NCBI GenBank assembly: GCA_000994815.1
Contig: LCJU01000004.1
Span: forward strand, 1 to 33,761
Direction of reading: 5' to 3'
Length of the DNA: 33,761 nt
Source of the DNA: a candidate division WWE3 bacterium GW2011_GWC2_44_9
Lineage (GTDB): Bacteria; Patescibacteriota; WWE3; UBA101185; UBA10185
A model generated the notes under the pieces. That model did not search any database, was not told the origin of the DNA, and worked only from the letters and a program-made list of their open reading frames with translations. Made by a program: the position numbers and the translations under genes. Of the stretch, positions 9,237-18,023 are shown piece by piece (position 1 is the stretch's first letter; the number at the start of each line of letters is the position of its first letter).

Positions 9237-9677
9237 ATGGACTTGGCAAACATAACAAAAATTCAAGGAAATAAAGGTAAGAAAAAAAGGATCGGTAGAG
9301 GTGGTGGCAGCGGCAAAGGCTTTCATACAGTGGGCAGGGGGAACAAAGGCCAAAAGGCCCGGCGCGGTAGAGGCATCCCTATAGGGTTTGAAGGTGGGCA
9401 GGTACCTCTTTATAAAAAGTTGCCAAAGATACGGGGATTCAAGCAAAGCGGCAGCAAGCCGGTGATTATTAATATTGGCGATCTTAACAAATTGGCAAGC
9501 GGCGACACTGTTGACGTAGCAAAATTGGTGCACATGGGCATTGTGGCAAAAGAGGCACGCTATCTTGGAGTTAAAGTTCTGTCCAAAGGCACACTAAAAA
9601 AGCAGCTAACGTTTACAGGGGTTGGGTTTTCCAAGTCTGCCAAGAACAAGATCCTAAAAGCAAACGGGAAGATCTAG
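9237..9677 (+). CDS. rplO: 50S ribosomal protein L15
   Basis: GRGGGSGKGFHTVGRGNKGQKARRG. ATG 9237 lies 1 nt after the rpsE stop. The track start at 9144 lies inside rpsE. Confidence 0.95.
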   Translation: MDLANITKIQGNKGKKKRIGRGGGSGKGFHTVGRGNKGQKARRGRGIPIGFEGGQVPLYKKLPKIRGFKQSGSKPVIINIGDLNKLASGDTVDVAKLVHMGIVAKEARYLGVKVLSKGTLKKQLTFTGVGFSKSAKNKILKANGKI

Positions 9678-9683
9678 TGTACG

Positions 9684-10928
9684 ATGCTTAAAAGAAAAAT
9701 AATTTTTACACTCTTTATCATTGTTGTTTTCCGAGCTTTGGCAAATATACCGGTTCCGGGTGTCGACATTGATTCTATCAGAAGCTTTCTGGCCGGCAGC
9801 AATGTTTTTGGGTTGCTTAATCTTTTTTCCGGCGGTGGTTTCTCAAATTTCTCACTTGTTACGTTGGGTTTGGGCCCTTATATTAACGCCTCCATTATCA
9901 TGCAGATCTTTACGGTTGTTCTGCCTAAGCTGGAGGAATTATCAAAGGAGGGCGAATTTGGCCGCGAACGAATCAACCAGTACACAAAGTTGCTTTCTGT
10001 ACCAATCGCGGCAATTCAGGCTTACGGCATGTATTTCTTGTTTTTTAAACAACAGGTTATCAAGCCCCTAGCACCTATAGATTTAGTAGTCTTTATTTTA
10101 ACCTTGACAGCCGGTTCTGTTTTACTTACCTGGCTTGGCGACCTGCTCACAGAGAAAGGGTTGGGTAATGGCATATCTATGCTAATCTTTGTTGGTATAG
10201 TAGAAAGCCTACCGGCAAGCATGTCCCAGTTTTACTTGTTGCTAAACCCGGAAACTGCCTTAAGGTCCCTAGTGTTTCTGGCAATGGCGATAGTTGTAGT
10301 ACTAGGTGTGGTCATGGTTAATGAGGCAGTAAGAAATATTCCCGTGGAGTATGGAAGGCGTGATACACACGCCAAGGTTGGGTCCTCTGCAATTACATCC
10401 TCCTTGCCTATTAAGGTAAATCAGGCCGGGGTTATCCCCATTATTTTTGCAGTTTCGGTTGTTTTGCTCCCCAACCTTTTAGCCTCACCGCTTGCGTCTG
10501 TAGCTAATCCGACAATTGCCAATATTGGCAACTTTCTGTTGTACAACTTTACGCCCACCTCTTTTGCTTATAACGCCTTTTACTTTGCGTTGGTTGTAGG
10601 CTTTACGTACTTTTATACATCTTTTCAATTCGATCCTGCCAAAATTGCGGACGACATTAAAAAGCGCGGCGGTTTTATTCCAGGCATCAGGCCGGGTAAA
10701 AATACCACCGATCATCTTAGAGTAATAATAAACAGAATTACCTTAGGTGGTGCATTATTTCTTGGTAGTATTGCAGTCCTGCCCAATCTGCTTGGCGGCT
10801 ATTTTGGTTTGGGCAACATGGCCGTTGGTGGAACCGGGTTGTTAATTGTAGTTTCAGTTGTGCTTGAGACAGTGCGTCAGGTAAAATCTATAAAAGCCAC
10901 AAAAAGTTACGAGAGCTTTCTAAATTAG
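9684..10928 (+). CDS. secY: Preprotein translocase subunit SecY
   Basis: 414 aa, multi-pass membrane protein; LGLGPYINASIIMQI and KKRGGFIPGIRPG motifs. Canonical position after rplO. Confidence 0.97.
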   Translation: MLKRKIIFTLFIIVVFRALANIPVPGVDIDSIRSFLAGSNVFGLLNLFSGGGFSNFSLVTLGLGPYINASIIMQIFTVVLPKLEELSKEGEFGRERINQYTKLLSVPIAAIQAYGMYFLFFKQQVIKPLAPIDLVVFILTLTAGSVLLTWLGDLLTEKGLGNGISMLIFVGIVESLPASMSQFYLLLNPETALRSLVFLAMAIVVVLGVVMVNEAVRNIPVEYGRRDTHAKVGSSAITSSLPIKVNQAGVIPIIFAVSVVLLPNLLASPLASVANPTIANIGNFLLYNFTPTSFAYNAFYFALVVGFTYFYTSFQFDPAKIADDIKKRGGFIPGIRPGKNTTDHLRVIINRITLGGALFLGSIAVLPNLLGGYFGLGNMAVGGTGLLIVVSVVLETVRQVKSIKATKSYESFLN

Positions 10929-10941
10929 TGGGAGAAACAGT

Positions 10942-11205
10942 ATGTTTGACAAGCTAAAAGACATGAACAATCTGCGCAAAGCCCAAGGAGAAATAAAAAA
11001 AGAGCTGGAGACTATTTTTGTGCAGGCGGAAAAAGGTGGCTACAAACTGCTGGTTAGGGGCGATAAGCGGTTTGAAAAACTAGAGCTGGACGGGGTAGAG
11101 CAAAAAGAATTAAGGGATTTGATCAACGATGTGCTGAAGGATGTGGATAAAAAAGTTGAAAAGCAAATGCGAGGCAGGCTCTCTGATTTAGGATTGGGAA
11201 TCTAG
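10942..11205 (+). CDS. ybaB: YbaB/EbfC-like small nucleoid-associated protein
   Basis: 87 aa. MFDKLKDMNNLRKAQGEIKKELETIFVQAEKGGYKLLVRGDKRFEKLELDG...LRDLINDVLKDV matches the YbaB pattern: helical N-terminus, a GG..v.v.G core, then L.DLI..A. Confidence 0.55.
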   Translation: MFDKLKDMNNLRKAQGEIKKELETIFVQAEKGGYKLLVRGDKRFEKLELDGVEQKELRDLINDVLKDVDKKVEKQMRGRLSDLGLGI

Positions 11206-11206
11206 T

Positions 11207-11833
11207 ATGAAGATTCTGCTTATCGGTCCCCAGGGCTGTGGTAAAGGAACAATCGGTGAGCTGCTGGCTAAGGAGTTTGGTATCCCTACCATATCGGTTG
11301 GTCAGCTGTTGCGCTTAGCTAGTCTCTCGTCACCACACTATTTAAGAATCCAGGAAGACATAAACAAGGGTGCGTTAGTCCCTGAAGTAATTGTGGTTGA
11401 GCTACTAACGGAGGAGTTAAAAAAAGACATATACACTAATGGTTTCATTTTTGACGGTTGGGGCCGCAGAATATCCGACCTTAAAGCCTTTGATCCGGGC
11501 TTTGATATTGTTATTGTCTTTGAATTATCTAGGGAGACTTCCATTAAGCGGATAACCGGTAGACGGATTTGTAGCGCTGACGGTAAAACCTACAACATAT
11601 ACACGTTACCCCAGGACGTCAAGAACTGTACCGGTGAACTTGAACAAAGAGATGACGATACGGAGGATGCCGTAACTAAAAGGTTGGGAATCTATTATAC
11701 CGAGACAGCGGAGGTAATAGACTTCTTTGACAATAAACACAAGACGATACATGTAAATGCGGAACCTATGCCGGAGGTAATTTTTAGGGATATACTTGCT
11801 AAACTTGCACAATTTCCTAGCCAACGCCAATGA
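11207..11833 (+). CDS. adk: Adenylate kinase
   Basis: ILLIGPQGCGKGT P-loop, FIFDGWGRR, and a lid segment ending in RDDD. Confidence 0.93.
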   Translation: MKILLIGPQGCGKGTIGELLAKEFGIPTISVGQLLRLASLSSPHYLRIQEDINKGALVPEVIVVELLTEELKKDIYTNGFIFDGWGRRISDLKAFDPGFDIVIVFELSRETSIKRITGRRICSADGKTYNIYTLPQDVKNCTGELEQRDDDTEDAVTKRLGIYYTETAEVIDFFDNKHKTIHVNAEPMPEVIFRDILAKLAQFPSQRQ

Positions 11834-12564
11834 TTACCATTAAAACAGCGCACGAGCTAGAATTAATGCAAGCTGGCGGAGCGATCGCTAGAGAGGCTAT
11901 AGATAAGGCTATTCGGGCAGTTGGAGTTGGAGTTTCAGCATTGACGCTAAACAAACTCGCCGAGGAGTTGATACATGCTCGGGGCGGGCTTCCATGCTTT
12001 AAGGGTTACGAGGGTTTCCCCTTTGCTACGTGTATAAATGTAAATGCCGGTATTGTGCATGGTATTCCCACTGGTTATAGATTCAAAAAAGGGGACATAG
12101 TAAGCGTTGATCTAGGTGTTTTGTACAGGGGCTATAACACTGATGTTTCAGAAACGGTTGAAGTAGGGTCATCTAAAGAGGACCAGTTTTTGCAACTTGG
12201 CAGAAAGGCATTAGAACTGGCTATTTTTGAGTGTAGGGAAGGTGGCAGGGTGGGTGATATTGCCAATGCGATCCAAAAAACTATTGAGGACAAAGGTTAT
12301 TCGGTAAGCAGAGACCTGGTTGGCCACGGTATCGGAAGAAAAGTCCACGAAGACCCGTTTGTGCCCTGCTTTGGCAAGCCAGATACTCTGGAAAGGCTTT
12401 GTAAGGGCATGACTTTGGCAATTGAGGTTATATACCAAAAAGGTTCTCCTAAGCTCTCTTTAGGCAAGGATGGTTGGACTTTGAGCACCTGGGACGGGAG
12501 CTTGGCCGCATTGTTTGAGAAAACGGTTGCCGTAACAGCGGGGGAAGCACTTGTTTTAACTTGA
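11830..12564 (+). CDS. map: Methionine aminopeptidase, type I
   Basis: 244 aa; [37 protein letters not shown] and LAIEV pita-bread metal-ligand blocks. ATGA overlap with adk. Confidence 0.93.
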   Translation: MITIKTAHELELMQAGGAIAREAIDKAIRAVGVGVSALTLNKLAEELIHARGGLPCFKGYEGFPFATCINVNAGIVHGIPTGYRFKKGDIVSVDLGVLYRGYNTDVSETVEVGSSKEDQFLQLGRKALELAIFECREGGRVGDIANAIQKTIEDKGYSVSRDLVGHGIGRKVHEDPFVPCFGKPDTLERLCKGMTLAIEVIYQKGSPKLSLGKDGWTLSTWDGSLAALFEKTVAVTAGEALVLT

Positions 12565-12590
12565 TTTGTCTGGTAAAATCTTGCGGTTGC

Positions 12591-12803
12591 ATGAGTAAAG
12601 AGCTTGTGAGAAAAGATGGCGTTGTGAGGGAAGCCCAGCAGGGCGGGCTTTTTCGTGTGGAACTTGAAGACGGGAGTGCAGTTCTTGCCGTACTTTCTGG
12701 CAAAACCAGGAAGTTTCACATTCGTATACTTCCGGGTGATAGAGTGCGGATGGAATTTTCACCCCACGACTTAACCAGAGGCAGAATTTCTTACAGGCTG
12801 TAG
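12591..12803 (+). CDS. infA: Translation initiation factor IF-1
   Basis: [70 protein letters not shown] from ATG 12591. Confidence 0.95.
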   Translation: MSKELVRKDGVVREAQQGGLFRVELEDGSAVLAVLSGKTRKFHIRILPGDRVRMEFSPHDLTRGRISYRL

Positions 12804-12853
12804 TTTTCATTGATAACAAGGTTAATCGGTAACTAAGGCTAGAAGTGCTATAT

Positions 12854-12970
12854 ATGAAAGTTAGAGCGTCAGTAAAAAAAATGTGTAGAGATTGTAAAGT
12901 TGTAAAGCGCGAGGGCGTTTTAAGAGTTGTTTGTCTTAGAAATCCCAAGCACAAACAAAGACAGGGTTAA
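12854..12970 (+). CDS. rpmJ: 50S ribosomal protein L36 (Cys-containing form)
   Basis: Found by hand because it falls below the ORF-track length cut-off. Reads [38 protein letters not shown], with TAA at 12968-12970. Confidence 0.93.
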   Translation: MKVRASVKKMCRDCKVVKREGVLRVVCLRNPKHKQRQG

Positions 12971-12974
12971 AGCT

Positions 12975-13364
12975 ATGGCAAGAATTGTAGGTATAGACAT
13001 ACCCAATGACAAGAGAGTCGAAGCCAGTTTAAGCTATATTTATGGTGTGGGTGCAACAACCTCAAAGAGGATACTAGAGCGATCAGGTCTTAATCCTGAT
13101 GCTAGGGTAGCCACACTAATTGAAGCAGACTTGGCAAAGATCAGAAACGCCATCACGGAGCTAAAAATCCCAGTTGAAGGGGAGCTTAGGCGGGTTGTTG
13201 GACAAAACATCAGGCGGTTGCAGGAGATCAAAAGCTATCGCGGTGATAGGCACAAAAAAGGTCTTCCAGTAAGGGGTCAAAGAACAAGGACCAATTCCAG
13301 AACAAGGAAGGGTAAGAAAAAGACCGTTGGGGGAATAAAGAAAAAGTCCGCGGCAAAGACCTAA
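12975..13364 (+). CDS. rpsM: 30S ribosomal protein S13
   Basis: MARIVGIDIPNDKRVEASLSYIYGVG... from ATG 12975. Confidence 0.96.
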   Translation: MARIVGIDIPNDKRVEASLSYIYGVGATTSKRILERSGLNPDARVATLIEADLAKIRNAITELKIPVEGELRRVVGQNIRRLQEIKSYRGDRHKKGLPVRGQRTRTNSRTRKGKKKTVGGIKKKSAAKT

Positions 13365-13377
13365 ATTAAGTTAACTT

Positions 13378-13752
13378 ATGGCTAAAGCTAATAAAAAAAA
13401 GATAGTACCTCAAAGCGGAAAAGTGTACATTTTTTCTGGCTTTAATAATACGATAGTTACTTTTACAGATGCAGACGGCAACGCTTTGTATTCTGGCAGT
13501 GCTGGCAGTGTTGGTTTTAAAGGTTCACGCAAACCCACGCCCTACGCCGCAACTAGGGCGGTTGAAGAAGCGTCCAGAAAAGCTTTTGAGGCCGGGTTAA
13601 AAGAAGTTTCAGTTTATGTAAAAGGCGCCGGTGCTGGCAGGATCTCTGGTATCAAAGCGCTAAAAACCGCTGGTATAAGAGTAACGGCTATTTCCGACGT
13701 TACCCCTGTGCCGCATAACGGTTGCAGGCCAAAGAAAAAGAGGAAAGTTTAA
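13378..13752 (+). CDS. rpsK: 30S ribosomal protein S11
   Basis: [24 protein letters not shown]...[18 protein letters not shown]. Confidence 0.96.
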   Translation: MAKANKKKIVPQSGKVYIFSGFNNTIVTFTDADGNALYSGSAGSVGFKGSRKPTPYAATRAVEEASRKAFEAGLKEVSVYVKGAGAGRISGIKALKTAGIRVTAISDVTPVPHNGCRPKKKRKV

Positions 13753-13753
13753 C

Positions 13754-14356
13754 ATGTCACGCTACACTGACGCAAAATGCAGACTATGCAGAAGAGAGGG
13801 CGCTAAGCTGTATCTAAAAGGTATCAGATGCGAAGGTGAGAAATGCGCTTTTACCAGAAGACAGCAAGCCCCGGGTCAGCACGGTACCTCAAGAAGACGG
13901 CTTTCCAACTTTGGAGTCCAGCTAAGGGAAAAGCAGAAGGCCAAAAGAATATACGGCCTGCTCGAAAAGCAGTTTAGAAGTTATGTAACCAAAGCCATGA
14001 AAACAAAAGGCGTGACCGGCGAAGAAGTTATGAGACAGCTTGAATTAAGACTGGACAATATGGTATACAGGTCAGGTTTTGCCATGTCCAGGGCCCAAGC
14101 CAGGCAATATGTGAGGCGAGGTTTCTTCACAATAAACACCAAAATTTGTGATATACCTTCGGCAAGATTGAGGGCTGGAGATATACTTAAGCCGGTTGAC
14201 TTTGAAAAAACTTCTCCTAGAGAAGGCTTTACCTTGCCCGATTGGCTTTCTGCAAACCTCGCCGAAAAGTCAATTAAGGTGGAGAGGCTTCCGCTTTCAG
14301 AAGACATGCCTGCTGATTTTAATGTACAGATGATAGTTGAATTTTATTCCAGATAA
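13754..14356 (+). CDS. rpsD: 30S ribosomal protein S4
   Basis: 200 aa. The N-terminal segment CRLCRREGAKLYLKGIRCEGEKC is followed by an S4 RNA-binding domain (RLDNMVYRSGFAMSRAQARQYV). Confidence 0.96.
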   Translation: MSRYTDAKCRLCRREGAKLYLKGIRCEGEKCAFTRRQQAPGQHGTSRRRLSNFGVQLREKQKAKRIYGLLEKQFRSYVTKAMKTKGVTGEEVMRQLELRLDNMVYRSGFAMSRAQARQYVRRGFFTINTKICDIPSARLRAGDILKPVDFEKTSPREGFTLPDWLSANLAEKSIKVERLPLSEDMPADFNVQMIVEFYSR

Positions 14357-14367
14357 GGAGGAAAAAA

Positions 14368-15282
14368 ATGTTATCTGTTCAAGATCTAAATATTACTAAA
14401 GTTATTGAAGATGGTGCTAAGGGTGTATTTTCATTTGATCCACTGCCTGGAGGGTTTGGTCACACTTTGGGCAACACTTTGCGGAGGGTTCTTTACACTT
14501 CGCTTGAGGGTGCCGGGCTCACGCAAGTTAAAATTGACGGTGCTGTCCATCAGTTTGGTACTGTTGAAGGTGTAAAAGAGGACGTGGTAGAGCTATGCCT
14601 AAACCTCAAACAGGTAAGGATCAAAAAGCATACTAAAACCCCGGTTATAGGGTCAATCAGTAAAAAAGGCCCCGGTATTGTAACAGCGGGAGATATCGAC
14701 TTTCCATCTGACGCCGAGGTTGTTAACAAGGCCTTGGTTATTGCAACACTCGCCGATAAAAATGCAAAGTTCGAAGCCGAGGTAGTTGCCGAAACCGGTG
14801 TGGGTTTTTCGCCGGTGGAGGAGCGCGAAACATCAAAAATTGGCACTATCCTTTTGGACACCGTTTATTCTCCGGTGAGCAATGTAAACTACTCGGTTGA
14901 ACCGGCGAGATTCGGTAAAAAAGTTGATCTAGACAAGCTTACCTTGACAGTGGAAACCGACGGTACTGTTACACCTTGGGAAGCTGTTTCTTCTTCTGCA
15001 AAAATTCTTACAACCTTCTTTGAGGCTATAGCCAATGGTGGCAAAGTGGAGCCAGAAAAAGCCGCCGACACTGAAAAGACTGCCACCATCGATGACAAAA
15101 ACGTTCCTATTGATGATCTGTCGTTGTCTAACCGGGCAATTAACGCCTTAAAAAAGCACGGACTTGTCAATCTAAATGACTTGGCAAAAATGACTGATGC
15201 ACAGATTGCAGATATTAAAAACTTAGGCGAAAAAACGTTGGAAGAAGTTATGCTTTTTCTAAAAAAGGAAGGTCATAGATAG
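14368..15282 (+). CDS. rpoA: DNA-directed RNA polymerase subunit alpha
   Basis: 304 aa; GFGHTLGNTLRRVLYTSLEGAG N-terminal domain and a C-terminal HhH-type domain (LSLSNRAINALKKHGLVNLNDL). Confidence 0.96.
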   Translation: MLSVQDLNITKVIEDGAKGVFSFDPLPGGFGHTLGNTLRRVLYTSLEGAGLTQVKIDGAVHQFGTVEGVKEDVVELCLNLKQVRIKKHTKTPVIGSISKKGPGIVTAGDIDFPSDAEVVNKALVIATLADKNAKFEAEVVAETGVGFSPVEERETSKIGTILLDTVYSPVSNVNYSVEPARFGKKVDLDKLTLTVETDGTVTPWEAVSSSAKILTTFFEAIANGGKVEPEKAADTEKTATIDDKNVPIDDLSLSNRAINALKKHGLVNLNDLAKMTDAQIADIKNLGEKTLEEVMLFLKKEGHR

Positions 15283-15285
15283 ACA

Positions 15286-15690
15286 ATGAGACACAGAGTT
15301 GCTTCTAAGAGATTAAAAAGAACGGGCGGGGAGCTTAAATTGCTTCTGCGCAACATGGCCAAACAGCTTTTTGAACGCGGCTTCGTAAAGACCACTTTGC
15401 CCAAGGCTAAAATCCTACGACCTTTTGCAGAAAAGCTGATAACACAGGCCAAGAAAAAGGACTTCAACCAGATAAAGAGGGTTGGAGCGGTTCTTAACTC
15501 CGAGTCTGTAAGCAGAACACTGTTTGACAAGATAGCGCCCCAATTTGCCAAAAGAAGTGGTGGCTACACTAGAATACTAAAGCTTGGTACCAGATCTGGG
15601 GATGCGGCGGCTTTGGCACGCATTGAGTTTGTAGAAAAGCCTGAAGAACCTAAAAAGAAAGCGAGTAAAAATGCAAAAAACCAAGTTTAA
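15286..15690 (+). CDS. rplQ: 50S ribosomal protein L17
   Basis: MRHRVASKRLKRTGGELKLLLRNMA...GGYTRILKLGTRSGDAA. Confidence 0.96.
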   Translation: MRHRVASKRLKRTGGELKLLLRNMAKQLFERGFVKTTLPKAKILRPFAEKLITQAKKKDFNQIKRVGAVLNSESVSRTLFDKIAPQFAKRSGGYTRILKLGTRSGDAAALARIEFVEKPEEPKKKASKNAKNQV

Positions 15691-16099
15691 AACAATTTCA
15701 GAGCTTAAGCCGGTTTGGTATTTGGTTGACGCTAAAGATAAAATATTGGGCCGGATTGCCGTTGAGGTTGCGGATAAACTGAATGGCAAGAATTTGCCGG
15801 GCATATCTCCTAATCAGTATTGCCAAAGCAAAGTCGTGGTTATCAATACCAATCAAGTAAAAACCACCGGCAACAAGCTAACCAACAAGGTTTATATCCA
15901 TCATACTGGTTTTCCAAAAGGCCTTAGGTCTGTTACCTTAGGTGAAGCTATGCAAAAAGACTCCACCGAGGTTTTTCGAAAGGCCGTTAAGGGTATGCTG
16001 CCCAAGAACAAATTGCAAAAAAAGAAAATGGCCGGGCTTTTTGTATACAAGGATGCTGATCACGAGCACAGGGCAAATTTTGGAAAGGTGGCCAAGTAA
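15671..16099 (+). CDS. rplM: 50S ribosomal protein L13
   Basis: WYLVDAKDKILGRIAVEVADKL...HHTGFPKGLR. 20-nt overlap with rplQ. Confidence 0.95.
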   Translation: MQKTKFKTISELKPVWYLVDAKDKILGRIAVEVADKLNGKNLPGISPNQYCQSKVVVINTNQVKTTGNKLTNKVYIHHTGFPKGLRSVTLGEAMQKDSTEVFRKAVKGMLPKNKLQKKKMAGLFVYKDADHEHRANFGKVAK

Positions 16100-16494
16100 T
16101 GGAGACTATTTACGCCGTTGGAAGGCGAAAGACTGCGGTGGCCTCCATTTTCCTAAAAAAGGAAAAGGGCAAGATTTTGGTTAACGCTAAACCTATAGCA
16201 GACTACTTCCCAACTGAAGAAAGCAGGTCCAAATGGATGAAGCCCTTTTTTGCTATAGGTATTTCTAATCCAGAGCTGACTTATTCTGGTACCATAAAAG
16301 TTGTTGGTTCAGGTACAACCGGCCAGCTTGGTGCAGTTATTCATTGTCTAGCCCGGGCCTTATGCCAAACTTTGCCAGAATCGGCGGGCGTTCTTAGAAA
16401 GCAGGGACTTTTAACCAGAGACTCCCGAATGGTCGAAAGAAAGAAGCCCTATCTTAGGAAAGCCAGAAAAGCCCCCCAGTACTCAAAGAGGTAG
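16099..16494 (+). CDS. rpsI: 30S ribosomal protein S9
   Basis: YAVGRRKTAVASIFL...RDSRMVERKKPYLRKARKAPQYSKR. TAATG overlap with rplM. Confidence 0.96.
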   Translation: METIYAVGRRKTAVASIFLKKEKGKILVNAKPIADYFPTEESRSKWMKPFFAIGISNPELTYSGTIKVVGSGTTGQLGAVIHCLARALCQTLPESAGVLRKQGLLTRDSRMVERKKPYLRKARKAPQYSKR

Positions 16495-16788
16495 TTACAC
16501 TATTCTCTCCGAGGAAAAAGTCTGAGCAAGCAGTGTTTTCAGCTGTACAAAAGAGTTTTCTAGCTGGCTTATCTTTTCCCGTAAATCATTTCTATTTTCA
16601 CTAGGAAACTCCATAAAATTAACGTTATACTCGTCCGCAATATGCTTGAGTATTTTTATTGATGGCACACACCGCCCCGTTTCATACGCAGAGATGCTTT
16701 TTGCCGATATGCCGATCTTTTTGCCAAACCTTTCCTGCGAAAGTTTCAGTCTATACCTCACATTCCTAATTTGTTCACACACAAACAT
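16495..16788 (-). CDS. XRE-family helix-turn-helix transcriptional regulator (SinR-like size and layout)
   Basis: IRNVRYRLKLSQERFGKKIGISAKSISAYETGRCVPSIKILKHIADEY is a classic HTH_3 domain, followed by a helical tail. ATG 16788 is preceded by GGAAAGGCGG. The longest ORF would start at 16830, which has no SD. The stop abuts the rpsI stop (convergent). Confidence 0.8.
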   Translation of the reverse strand: MFVCEQIRNVRYRLKLSQERFGKKIGISAKSISAYETGRCVPSIKILKHIADEYNVNFMEFPSENRNDLREKISQLENSFVQLKTLLAQTFSSERIV

Positions 16789-16833
16789 AACCGCCTTTCC
16801 GGACAGGAATCTTATAAAAATAGAGTACATATG

Positions 16834-16862
16834 TTGATATGTATATTGTTACTAACTATATT
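16834..16862 (+). promoter_or_regulatory. Sigma-70-like promoter for the TasA-like/SipW/Hsp100 genes
   Basis: TTGATA (16834-16839), 17-nt spacer, TATATT (16857-16862). A strong SD, AAAGGAGGTG, lies 6 nt before ATG 16906. Confidence 0.5.
16843..16861. promoter_or_regulatory. 19-bp interrupted palindrome, candidate operator
   Basis: ATATtGTTAcTAACtATAT. Sixteen of 19 positions are self-complementary (ATAT-n-GTTA-n-TAAC-n-ATAT). It spans the spacer and -10 boxes of both candidate promoters. Confidence 0.4.
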
Positions 16863-16884
16863 ATAACCACAGATATAATAGCAA
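16855..16884 (-). promoter_or_regulatory. Candidate divergent promoter for the XRE gene
   Basis: On the minus strand: TTGCTA (16884-16879), 18-nt spacer, TATAGT (16860-16855). Its -10 box overlaps the -10 box of the plus-strand promoter. Confidence 0.3.
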
Positions 16885-16905
16885 TATGAAAGGAGGTGAA
16901 AAACT

Positions 16906-17490
16906 ATGAAAATCCGCAGATATTTGTTAAGTGTTGTGCCCTTGTTTGTTATCGGTTCAGCGGCTATAAGTGTTGCGTATGCGTCTTTTACCGATCAAAC
17001 AAAGTTCGCAGGTTCGAGATTTAGTGTGGGAAGTGCTGATCTTAAGCTGGTAAACAATTTAGCGGGTGGTGTTGAATCGGGCAATTTAGTGGATGATAAG
17101 CCGGCTCCTACATATGATGGTATCTATTCTCTATGGACTGCTGACTATCTTGTAAAGCTGGTAAACAATGGTAATCAAGTAGTTAACTTGACATCAAATA
17201 TGGACTACCTAACTGCAAACGATCCCGGTAATATAAGAGAAGTGCTTTACGTTGAGCCTATTGATTGGACCGACGCGAACGGCAACGGTGAGGCCGAAGC
17301 TGACGAGCTAGGCACCTCGGCTGGCAAAAAAGCCTTTACTTCCTGGAAATCCACCGGCTACGATTTTGGTAACCTTGCTCCGGGTCAAGTAAAAGGTTAT
17401 GTTATGAGATTCTCGGCTGGCACTCTCACTAATGCCAAGATGGGTCAAACGGGTATATACGACTTTGTGTTCGATGCCGTAGGGTTGTGA
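16906..17490 (+). CDS. Secreted TasA/camelysin-superfamily protein with a SipW-cognate-type signal peptide
   Basis: The N-terminus MKIRRYLLSVVPLFVIGSAAISVAYASFTDQTKFAGSRFSVGSADLKL resembles B. subtilis TasA ...GGGTWAAFNDIKSKDATFASGTLDLS (recalled from memory). 194 aa, beta-rich. Directly followed by a SipW-type peptidase. Confidence 0.7.
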   Translation: MKIRRYLLSVVPLFVIGSAAISVAYASFTDQTKFAGSRFSVGSADLKLVNNLAGGVESGNLVDDKPAPTYDGIYSLWTADYLVKLVNNGNQVVNLTSNMDYLTANDPGNIREVLYVEPIDWTDANGNGEAEADELGTSAGKKAFTSWKSTGYDFGNLAPGQVKGYVMRFSAGTLTNAKMGQTGIYDFVFDAVGL

Positions 17491-18023
17491 ATTCAAGAGA
17501 TCCTGCCCACATAATTATGAGTTGTTGCATGTCAAAAGGCGCCATCAAGCTAGTCTTTTTAACAGTAACGCTAGGTGTTGTATGCACGCTTTGCGTGTAC
17601 TTTAACGTAAGAGTTTTTTTTATCAAAACTGGTTCTATGGAGCCTGGCATTGCACGCGGCTCACTTGTCTTTACTTACCGGAGTTTTGTCGATATTGCCA
17701 GTGGGGAAGTCGTTGTCTTTTTTGACTCTCGGTTAAACACGCCCGTGGCTCACCGGGTGCTAGCTATACACAAACAGCCAACTAGCCATTTTATTACTAA
17801 GGGTGACACCAACACTAGCGCGGACACCGGCAAAGTCTACCAAGGCGATGTCATTGGCAAGGTTTTTGCCGTTGTTGAAGCGCCAAGTATATATCAGCTG
17901 TTTACGGCGGTGTTGGGCTTTTGTCTATTTTACTTATTGGGTGTTACTCTTAAGGGATTTTTGCTATCCTTAAGAAAACATGACTATTCCTGTCCGTCCT
18001 CAGCACATAACCAGATTTATTGA
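17487..18023 (+). CDS. Signal peptidase I, ER/archaeal (S26B, SipW-like) type
   Basis: An N-terminal TM is followed by the boxes TGSMEPGI, PVAHRV and ITKGDTNTSAD, then a C-terminal TM (LFTAVLGFCLFYLLGV). The GTG start overlaps the upstream stop (GTGA). ATG 17517 or 17529 are alternative starts. Confidence 0.8.
   Translation: MNSRDPAHIIMSCCMSKGAIKLVFLTVTLGVVCTLCVYFNVRVFFIKTGSMEPGIARGSLVFTYRSFVDIASGEVVVFFDSRLNTPVAHRVLAIHKQPTSHFITKGDTNTSADTGKVYQGDVIGKVFAVVEAPSIYQLFTAVLGFCLFYLLGVTLKGFLLSLRKHDYSCPSSAHNQIY

Noticed and set aside
11207-11833. Zinc-binding lid in adenylate kinase
   Set aside because: The lid segment (RRICSADGKTYNIYTLPQDVKNCTGELEQRDDD) has only two Cys, not the Cys4 or Cys3Asp pattern, so no Zn site is claimed.
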